Below are positions 1 to 8,610 of a stretch of 64,000 nt of DNA, piece after piece. Source of the stretch: Octopus sinensis (lineage: Eukaryota); the NCBI RefSeq assembly GCF_006345805.1, contig NC_042999.1, positions 121,024,001 to 121,088,000 on the forward strand, given 5' to 3'. The first letter of the stretch is position 1. Every line of letters starts with the position of its first letter. The position numbers and the translations under genes are program-made. Below the pieces are notes generated by a model that saw nothing but the letters and a program-made list of their open reading frames with translations, was not told the DNA's origin and did no database searches.

Positions 1-352
1 TTTCTTCTACTTCTCCACCTTCCACCCCTTAACCTTGTCACTAATGTCTTTCAGTATAACGCCTACGCAAATTCCATAAACAATTCCTGAATTGAACTGC
101 GACTACTGTCAGCCACTGACCATTCAAAATACGACCATTAAGGCATTCCCAGATTTCCCCACCCCCTCTCCACATCAGCCTCATTATTCTTCACCTATCC
201 TACCAAGAACTCAAAACGACCTCGAACACACAAGTGCAAACAAGGGAGTCAGAGAAAGGCAGAATGCTACTTATATCTGAACACTACTACAGAAATATTC
301 TTTTAAAAAAACTTTTCTTCTAATTTTTCTAAATTTAATTATTTAATCGTTA

Positions 353-390
353 CAGTTGAAAAGGTCTCAAAATGACCGAAACCGGTACTG
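353..390 (+). ncRNA. Minimal type-I hammerhead ribozyme-like motif, U3:A8 core variant
   Basis: Reads CAG [TTGAAAA] GGTC-tcaaaat-GACC [GAA] ACCGGT A | CTG. Helix I is CAG/CTG, helix II is GGTC/GACC, helix III is the palindrome ACCGGT, and the cleavage triplet is GUA. (TA)n follows about 90 nt downstream. Folded by hand only. Confidence 0.6.
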
Positions 391-496
391 AAAGATTCAC
401 TATAAAATCATCTTAGCATTTTCTATTTTTGACTTGTTTTTTCATATATATCAACTCGTGTGTTGCTTTCCACCCTTATACATATATATATATATA

Positions 497-891
497 TACT
501 CTTTTACTTGTTTCAGTCATTTGACTGCGGCCATGCTGGCGCACCGCCTTTAATGGAGCAACTCGACCCCGGGACTTATTCTTTGTAAGCCCAGTACTTA
601 TTATATCGGTCTCTTTTGCCCAACCGCTAAGTGACGGGGACATAAACACACCAGCATCGGTTGTCAAGCAATGCTAGAGGGACAAACACAGACACACAAA
701 CACACACACACATACACATATATATATACATATATACGACGGGCTTCTTTCAGTTTCCGTGTACCAAATCCACTCACAAAGCTTTTGTCGGCCCGAGGCT
801 ATAGTAGAAGACACTTGCCCAAGGTGCCACGCAGTGGGACTGAACCCAGAACCATGTGGTTGATAAACAAGCTACTTACCACACAGCCACT
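497..891 (-). mobile_element. tRNA-derived SINE, long family with internal (CA)/(TA) microsatellite
   Basis: The minus strand starts AGTGGCTGTGTGGTAAG (A-box-like) and contains GGGTTCAGTCCC (B-box-like). A second copy, co-linear over its whole length, lies at 49675-50076. Confidence 0.9.
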
Positions 892-1489
892 ATTATATAT
901 ATATGTTACTGAAAGTTCAAAATTAGGAGGTAAACCCTTTCATTGGTCATTAAGTAATGGTGTGAAAATAAGAATTCTTATCTCTACCATGCTGATGTAG
1001 TAGTAGACAAATTTATTGATGGAAGGTGTAGCGCTGAAGTTTCCAAAATAATTCAAGTAAAGTGAATTATCTGCGAGTCATTTGTACTTTTACTTTTTAT
1101 GCTACTCCACACCGGCAGAAACAACAGGTGAACAATTCGTGGCTAGACACTGTGTGTCTAGACTCTGCGCAGGAGTATGATATGACGTCCACTAAGTCTG
1201 GTAACAGCAATCTGCAAGGCAAAATACAAAAACAAACAAACGATAGAATAAACAAATTAAATTGCTTCAGGGGGTCCCCTCCGGGATTAGGGGCCCTAAA
1301 GCTTAAGCTTCATTAGTTTTGTTGTAGATCCGCCAGTATATATATATATATATTTAAAGGGCTAAAAACCACTAAGTGGTCAGCCATGTATTAGAATTCT
1401 CTCTCAATTTTCAGATTTTTGTATGCTAGGCTACTGGTTTTAAATTGATATTAATTAAATTGATATTCAATTTATCTCCCTCATTATTT

Positions 1490-1490
1490 A

Positions 1491-1541
<51 letters not shown>

Positions 1542-1834
1542 TATATATAAATACATATGTGCTTGTGTGTTGTTACTCAGCAAATTGAAAAAATTATATG
1601 GTATATATATATATATATGTACGTATTTGCGTATTTATTTATGTGTTACTTATGTAGATGTCTGTATTTATATACATATAAGCCTGTATGTATATATATG
1701 TATGTATGTATATCTATGTAGGCATATATATGTATGATATATCTGCACATGTGTATATGTGTGTCTCTCTCTCTATATATATATATGTGCATATATATAT
1801 ATATAATATATATATATATAATATATATATATAT

Positions 1835-1869
<35 letters not shown>

Positions 1870-1870
1870 A
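1490..1870. repeat. Compound (TA)n / (TG)-rich / (GA)n low-complexity tract
   Basis: Direct reading: pure (TA)n at about 1497-1537, degenerate TA/TG repeats, and (GA)n at about 1835-1870. Confidence 0.95.
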
Positions 1871-1929
1871 TAACTAAAAATAAAGGTGTCTGAGAGACAC
1901 CACCATGCCGAAATACCAGTTAAATCCCT
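1871..1929 (+). repeat. Inverted partial copy of 2384-2441
   Basis: TAACTAAAAATAAAGGTGTCTGAGAGACACCACCATGCCGAAATACCAGTTAAATCCCT is the reverse complement of 2384-2441 with a few mismatches. Confidence 0.9.
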
Positions 1930-2018
1930 GACTCTAAGAACCACCTTAAATGTTCATATCGCACCATGAGATAAGACAGGGGGATAAAATAGACTAGCTA
2001 AAAAAATATTACTGAATA

Positions 2019-2077
2019 ATTCAAGATCCTGGATTTCTAGCTTTGCTTCGAATAAGCTCTGCCTTCATCAGTTGAAT
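2019..2077 (-). ncRNA. Type-I hammerhead ribozyme-like motif with irregular extended helix II
   Basis: Minus strand reads ATTCAA [CTGATGA] AGGCAGAGCTTATTCGAAGCAAAGCTA [GAA] ATCCAGGAT C | TTGAAT. It has a 6-bp helix I, an exact core, helix III ATCC/GGAT and an AUC triplet. The base of helix II is imperfect. Confidence 0.55.
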
Positions 2078-2259
2078 ATATCAGATGGGCACATAAATAC
2101 AAATATATATATACAGAACAAACGTTATACTTACATATACGATCGTCCATACATACATATATGTGCACGTATGTACAAGGCCAGTTCAAATTGCCCGCCA
2201 ACCACCTCATAAGCACGATATGGTCAAAATAAACACTGCAGTGAATATAATGACGAATA

Positions 2260-2541
2260 ATATAAATTTATAAATAAGGATAATATCGATATTTGAATAT
2301 CGGTATTATCAAGTGGCCAGCATGGGAATAAATACCATGCAAAGGTAATAATTTTTTACAACTAAAAATGAGAGTGTCAAATAAGGGATTTGACTGCTAT
2401 TTTGGCATGGTGGTGTCTCTCAGACACCCTTACTTTTAGTTGTAAAAAATTATTACCTTTTTATGGTATTTATTCCCATGCTGGCCACTTGATAATACCG
2501 ATATTTAAATATCGATATTATCCTTATTTATAAATTTATAT
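2260..2541. repeat. Long palindrome with 108-bp arms (2260-2367 / 2434-2541) and a 66-bp spacer
   Basis: The arms are reverse complements with 3 mismatches by eye. Each arm contains its own ~15-bp hairpin, and the spacer contains the hairpin GGTGTCT-ctc-AGACACC. Confidence 0.95.
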
Positions 2542-2564
2542 ATATATATATATATATATAAAGC

Positions 2565-3138
2565 AAATTTGGAAGATACCACACGAGTGAAAATTCACAG
2601 GAAAGAGGAATTGAAAATGCAGAGGACTTTTAAAGATATTTATAGACTTGACCGGTTTCACTTTTTTAAAATTAGATTTTCAAAAGTAAAGTGCAATGCT
2701 TTGTGTGTAGCTTTTGTGGTGTAAAAATTTAGTTAATATAGATATATTAAAATACAGTGACAGAGTCTTTGACAATGATAAGAAAATGCTAAGAAAGGCA
2801 TTGTGTTAAAACAGCTTACATAAAAGTATTCAAAATAGGAAGTAAAATAAGTTCTTATATATGTGTGTGTATGTGTGTGTGTGAATTTGTAAACATGTTA
2901 AAATAAATAAATGGATAAATAAATTAATGAAAGTTTGAATAAATAAATTGATACTAATTTTTACTAATTTTGTTTTAATTAAAAATTGATAGGTGTACTA
3001 TGTTGTGGCAAAATTTTGAAATAATGCAACAGGACGTGCTCGAAATATTTTTTCCTTGTTTAAACATCTTTAAAAGTCCTCTGAATTTTCAAATCCTCTT
3101 TCCTGTGTATTTTCACTCGTGTGGTATCTTCCAAATTT
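2565..3138 (-). mobile_element. Non-coding element with 78-bp terminal inverted repeats and an internal hammerhead motif (Penelope-like pLTR-type structure)
   Basis: 2565-2642 and 3061-3138 are reverse complements with a few mismatches. A hammerhead-like motif lies just inside the left arm, and (TA)n directly flanks the left end. Confidence 0.6.
2646..2687 (-). ncRNA. Minimal type-I hammerhead-like motif, U3:A8 variant, degenerate helix II
   Basis: Minus strand reads ACTT [TTGAAAA] TCTAATTTTAAAAAAGT [GAA] ACCGGT C | AAGT. Helix I is ACTT/AAGT, helix III is the same ACCGGT palindrome as at 353-390, and the triplet is GUC. Confidence 0.5.
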
Positions 3139-3830
3139 AACGTAATTGTATTTGAGGACAAATTTTGTCAAAATGCTGCACGATTTATATGTTTGTTTTT
3201 TAAACCAAATGATGTGTAGCTTCAGACCAAATTTTTGTTATTATACTGAATGATTTATAAGTTTTTTAAAAGTTTAACTCACAGGTGTGTAGCTTTTTAA
3301 ACTAGTATATTAATGAGGGTATCTATAATACTTCAGTGGATTAATTTATAAATTTAGTATTAAGCATCATAAAATACCTCTTCCTTAAGTGTGAACTATA
3401 TCACTATATTCATAGTTAAATTTAAGACATAAGTTCCAACTATGGTCTCATCTTTATATAAAATGATTATAATTATATAAATTGAATTTAATGATAATGA
3501 TATATGAATAATTCTATAAAGGGCACTATCGTGATTTAAAACAGTTCTATGTAAATACGTATTCCCGGTTATTTTTCCGTACGCAATTATTCTATAATTA
3601 TATAAACATTGATTTACACAAGTAGTTTCCTCTGATAAACTAAGTAAATTACTGTTTTTTACTTGTTATTTACTTAGAATAATATTTACATTACTACGAA
3701 TAAATAGATTAGCATAATTATTATATACAATTATATATCTTTTCGAATAATTATGCATATATGAATATTTCTTGTAGACCCTTTCGAATTTATATACACA
3801 TATAAATTATAGAATAATAAAACTATTTGC

Positions 3831-3938
3831 TTCACCTGCGACGGACCGGCGTCCCGTCCATGTGGGGAACCTATACGCCAATGAAACCGGGAAACCGACC
3901 CTTATGAGCCAGGCATGACTCGAAAAGGAACAAACAAC
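3831..3938 (+). mobile_element. 5'-truncated SINE/LINE 3' end with target-site duplication
   Basis: GC-rich island (CACCTGCGACGGACCGGCGTCCCGTCC...) with an (ACA)n/A-rich tail. It is flanked by AAAACTATTTGC (3819-3830) and AAAACTTTTTGC (3939-3950). Confidence 0.7.
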
Positions 3939-4863
3939 AAAACTTTTTGCCTACTCTAATTTATTTCCTTCTGTAAAACTAAGTAAAATTCTAGTACTTT
4001 ATTTATATATTATCATTTTTATGTAAGAAATAGTATAGTTTATGATAATCGTAACTTTATATATTTGTTTAACATCGTTCTGTTAGTAGAAACTTTTGAG
4101 TGAATGATTCATTGATTAAGTTCTTTTTTTTTTTCTAATGAATTTAGTGTCTGGATAAAATATATCTTTTTTTCACCATTGTATAAAGTAATTTTAGATA
4201 AAATATATTTACTACTCCACCATAAATTCTTAACATATAGATTATATAGATTTTATATAATAAAATAGTTACTGATTACTTTCGATTAAAATATCTTTAG
4301 ATTAATATTATTGGAGATGCATAAGAACATTTATGACCATTGTAACTTTTCTTTTAATTATTTTATCCATTTGAATTTTGTTTTCGTTTTACTTTTTATT
4401 ACATTTATTATATTTTATAATTACTAACTCTCAGGCTTGTAAACATAGGTGTATTTTAAATCAGTCTCTATTATCATTTAGGATGCCTTGTATGGACAAA
4501 TTGTCTGCTTTTTTTTTCTTTTTTGGTCTGAGGAGACCAATATAAATGTGAATTTTATAAATTCAATAGTCGAAACAAATTATTGGATTTATATTTGTTT
4601 TAATTATTTGTTATATTATATTATATTTTATTATAACACTTTACAGTATAATTATATCATATCATAATGTAAATAAATTTCTAATATGTCAATTCTATTT
4701 CTCTATTTCCTTTAATATTTGTATATTGCAATTATACCATTTTATTTGTGATATTCAATTGAAGTACCAGTGAAAATTGGATATTTTCCATCCTTTTGAA
4801 GGAAAATATTTTTTTCTCCTTGTTTTGATTTATATATATAAGTATACACGAGGGCGAAAAGTG

Positions 4864-4903
4864 TCGCTGAAGAGGTCACAGTTATGTAACGAAAGATTTC
4901 CGG
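4864..4903 (+). ncRNA. Minimal type-I hammerhead-like motif (degenerate)
   Basis: Reads TCG [CTGAAGA] G GTCAC-agttat-GTAAC [GAA] AGATTT C | CGG. The core is exact, helix II has one mismatch, helix I is short and the triplet is UUC. The cassette lies between (TA)n tracts at about 4830 and 5007. Confidence 0.45.
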
Positions 4904-5044
4904 AAAATTGATATGAGTTAAAATAAGAACAGTAATAAACGAGTGAAGAATGAATATACAGTACGTGTGTTTATTTGGCCCCAAAATGACCATCCCGAAA
5001 TACAAGATATATATATATGGGTATGTATAAGTATATATATATAA

Positions 5045-5045
<1 letters not shown>

Positions 5046-5136
<91 letters not shown>

Positions 5137-5150
5137 AGAGATAGATAGAT
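5046..5150. repeat. (GATA)n microsatellite
   Basis: Direct reading. It accounts for the IYLS-repeat ORFs. Confidence 0.98.
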
Positions 5151-5185
5151 ATACATATACATATATACACACATATGTGTATGTA

Positions 5186-6620
5186 CAGTGGTACCTTGAC
5201 TTACGAGCGTCCCAACTAGCGAGCTTTTCGAGGTACGAGCCGTCACACGACCGATTTTTTGTTTTGAGTTGTGAGCTAAAATTCGGGTTGCAAGCCATCT
5301 TCAGATACCCCACCGCTAGTTGGCGTAGCGAACGTCACAGTGAACGCCGTAACATCCACCCAGCATCCCGTGCCTCACTCGATAGCTAGGCAGACTTGCA
5401 CGTTAGTAAGTGTAAATATCATTAGTATATCGACAGCTAGAAAGACATGTGCGTTAGTAAGTGCGAAGATCGTTAGTGGATAGTTAGCTAAACGGGTGAT
5501 TAAATGCTTACTTAGCTGTTGCAGGCTATAGAAGCATCAGTGTAGTCCTCGCAATTGTGCTTGCAGTTATTTTGCAAAACTTCGTTTTTCCAACCATGGT
5601 TCCGAAGAAACTGGGTACGAAGGACAGTGCTGAGAAGAAGCGGGTGATATGCATTCAATTAAAAAAAAGGAATTATGGAAAAACTTAACCAAAGTGTGCG
5701 TGTAGTCGACTCACGAAGCAATACGAGCGTAGCACTTCTACGATCTGCACCATTCGGAGGCAGAAGGATTCAATAAAAGCTATAATGCCAGTTTATGGCG
5801 TTAAAATAATTTCTAAACAGTTACCCATGAACATATGGAGAAGCTGCTGATGGAGTGGTTTACAGAGAAGCAGCTCGCAGGAGAGACTGTGACGGAGGCT
5901 GTAATCTGCGAGAAGGCACGAGCTATTTACGCTGATTTGCTGCAGCAGACGCCAGGCACATGCACGAACGAGCCATCGGGCGAGCTGTTTAAAGCCAGTT
6001 GATGCTGATTCGAGAATTTTAAAAAGAGGACTGGCATTCATTCACTTGTCAGGCATGATGAGGCAGCGAGCGAGATTATGAAGGCAACTGAAGATCACCT
6101 CAAAACTTTGCCGGAATTATAGCAATCGACTGATACATCCCCCAGTAAGTCTTCAACTGTGACGAAACAGGACTTTTTGGAAGAGGATGCCAAGGAGGAC
6201 TTATAACGACAGAAAAGGAGAGGTTGGTGAAAGATAGGATAATCCTCGGACGGTGCGCCAATGCCAGCAGTGACTGCAAGACTAAGCCGCTGCTCGTTTA
6301 TCATTCGGAAAGCCCCAGAGCCTTTAAGTCGCATAAGATTCTGAATGAAAAACTGCAGGTTATGTGGAGGGCAAACCCGAGGGCGTGGGTCAACAGGCAG
6401 GTCTTCGTGGAGTGAGTGAATTCCTGGACAATGCACCTACTCACCCACCTAACCACGAAGATGACATCCTCGAAGAGTTCAAGTTTATAAATATTCTCTA
6501 CCTTCCACCCAACACCACCCTTATCCTGCAGCCCATGGACCAGCAAATGGTTTCTAATTTCAAGAAGCTCGTCACCAAGCACCTTTTCTGCCGCTACTTT
6601 GAGATGACGGAGAGCGTATA
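5186..6620 (+). mobile_element. Tigger/pogo DNA transposon, 3'-truncated, frameshifted transposase
   Basis: Starts TA|CAGTGGTACCTTGACTTACGAG (Tigger-type TIR). ATG at 5596 gives MVPKKLGTKDS, followed by a CENP-B-type HTH (EKLLMEWFTEKQLAGETVTEAVICEKA) and DDE_1 motifs FNCDETGLF, LDNAPTHP and LPPNTTLILQPMDQ. No right TIR was found. Confidence 0.9.
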
Positions 6621-6781
6621 AGTTGTAGGTATGATAGATTATCAGATTATCCAGTCGATAATCTACCATTCAGGCGAATGATTCTTGCAATGGACACATT
6701 AACTGGGAGAAATGCAATTTAAAATGCAACAGCAGGTGCAGCTGAAATGGAAGCAGAAATAGCAGCAGCAGCAGAGGCAGT

Positions 6782-6782
6782 T

Positions 6783-6842
<60 letters not shown>

Positions 6843-6850
6843 CAGCAGTA
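6782..6850. repeat. (TAG)n grading into (CAG)n
   Basis: Direct reading. Confidence 0.95.
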
Positions 6851-7611
6851 ATAACTGTTGTAAATTACTGTTGTTGTAGGCATTGAGTGGTGGTGGGGGT
6901 AGCAAGTGGTAATGATGATAATTTTGATGTAACAGCAGCAGTACAGGGAGCAATAGCCACAACAGTGATGGCAATTAGGTTCGCGGTGTTAAGTAAAAGG
7001 CAACCCGACAATGAAGTCAAAGATTTTTTATAACCGAAGAGAATGTTTTTTTTTATGTTAATTATACATTTAATTTCAATATAATTTAGTCATGGGTAAG
7101 AATTTAATGTTTCATTGCCATACTGTTATTTTTCTGGGAATATTAATCTTTGTTTATTGCTTTGTTATAAGAATTGTATAACTTTCAAACAATTCTTTGT
7201 TGGTTTCATTTACAAAATCGCATGAGTGACAACCGATCTAGTAATTATGCAATCATTATGCATTATAATACTTGGGTCGTTCTTTAGATCATAAAGATCC
7301 TATAGAAATTCAACTAAAAGAAAACATTTGCATTATTATAAAGATTGTATTGTTGTAATTGTTTTAATGCTTGACACTTTTATTTTTTGCATAGATTACA
7401 AACAAAACTAAGTAAATAAAATAGTTAATAAACTGAGCGATATGAATTTTTAAGTAAATGCAATCTTTGAATTCAAGAACCATAATATTGTTGTGGTTGA
7501 TTCATTTTATATTAACAAAAGAAATCATCATCTTCATCATCTTCATTATCATCATTATCATTTTAATTGTTGTTGTTATTGTTGCAGATGTTTTGTTGTT
7601 GTTGTTGTTAT

Positions 7612-7612
7612 A

Positions 7613-7678
<66 letters not shown>
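7612..7678. repeat. (ATT)n microsatellite at the 3' end of a Dong/R4 fragment
   Basis: Direct reading. Confidence 0.97.
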
Positions 7679-7681
<3 letters not shown>

Positions 7682-7708
7682 TAGTTTTAATTATTTTTGT
7701 CTTTATTA

Positions 7709-8050
7709 TTAACCCAGGTTTTGTGGGAATTCCTGGAATCTTGCATGCGCAGCAGGCTTCTTGTCTGCAGCCTTACGGCACCATGCTATCCGTTCTTTTC
7801 AGCCATCTAATACATTCCTGATTATTCTGGCCGTGACAAGGAAGCAAATCTTTCGTAACAGTCCCACTGGGCACTCTATTTCGATTTCCTTTATATTCCA
7901 CATGATGCCTTCTGTTACAGTCCAGCAGAACCCAACAATAATTGTAATTATCTTCACCTTCTTCATTTTCAATAGCCGAGCCATTTCCTACCAACCGCTT
8001 TTTTTCACCCTCTTCCTTGACTATTTATGGGTCAAAAAGCCATGCTACAT
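7709..8050 (-). mobile_element. Dong/R4 non-LTR retrotransposon 3' fragment (restriction-like endonuclease C-terminus)
   Basis: Minus-strand peptide MARLLKMKKVKIITIIVG...ICFLVTARIIRNVLD. It aligns by eye with 17690-17890 and lies between (ATT)-rich tracts. Confidence 0.8.
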
Positions 8051-8092
8051 TAACTATATTATTATTAATATTATTATTGTTATTTTCTTTTA

Positions 8093-8512
8093 ATCTGCAT
8101 GTTTGTTACAATCCCTTAACGGAACACAACCAGTGTCCTAGGGCGAGTGACGGTTAAGTGGTGTTACAGTATGACGGAAAGCTTGGGGATGGGAAGTAAA
8201 AAGCAGTAGCGAAATATCTTCTTGTAATACAACACAGACATTTAAATTGATAGGGTTTTCCTAATGATGTAGGCAGTACTTATCAGCACAATCTTTCGGG
8301 TTTCTCTCAGACATGGTTCTCCTGAGATATTATCTAGATGTTTCTGACATCCACTTTTCATCACACCTAGACCACCTACGATAACAGGAGCAGCTCTTTC
8401 TTTGAGATACCACATCTTTTGTATTTCAATTTCCAGGTTCTTATATTTGCTTAATTTGTCTAATTCCTTTACAGATATATTTTTATCAGTGGAAACACAT
8501 CTATTTATATAC
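8093..8512 (-). mobile_element. Dong/R4 3' fragment, second subfamily (endonuclease C-terminus plus 3' UTR)
   Basis: ORF 8242-8514 reads DKNISVKELDKLSKYKNLEIEIQKMW...PVIVGGLG...VLISTAYIIRKTLSI, which is homologous to the end of ORF 8818-9117. Confidence 0.88.
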
Positions 8513-8541
8513 AAGTATTATTATTATCAATATTATTATTA

Positions 8542-8609
<68 letters not shown>
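8513..8609. repeat. (TAT)n microsatellite, the (TAA)n tail/target of the adjacent Dong element
   Basis: Direct reading. Confidence 0.97.

Positions 8610-8610
<1 letters not shown>

Noticed and set aside
1119-1200. Possible internal exon (polypyrimidine-AG ... GTAACA donor; KQQVNNSWLDTVCLDSAQEYDMTSTKS)
   Set aside because: The peptide is unrecognised, no partner exons were found, and the splice signals are weak enough to arise by chance. RNA-seq would be needed.
1885-1929. CCATGCC-GAAA-TACCAGTT-AAATCCC looks like the 3' half of a hammerhead (also at 2384-2420 on the minus strand)
   Set aside because: There is no valid upstream core (CTGAGAG lacks G8/A9 and has no 3:8 pair) and no partner strand for helix I.
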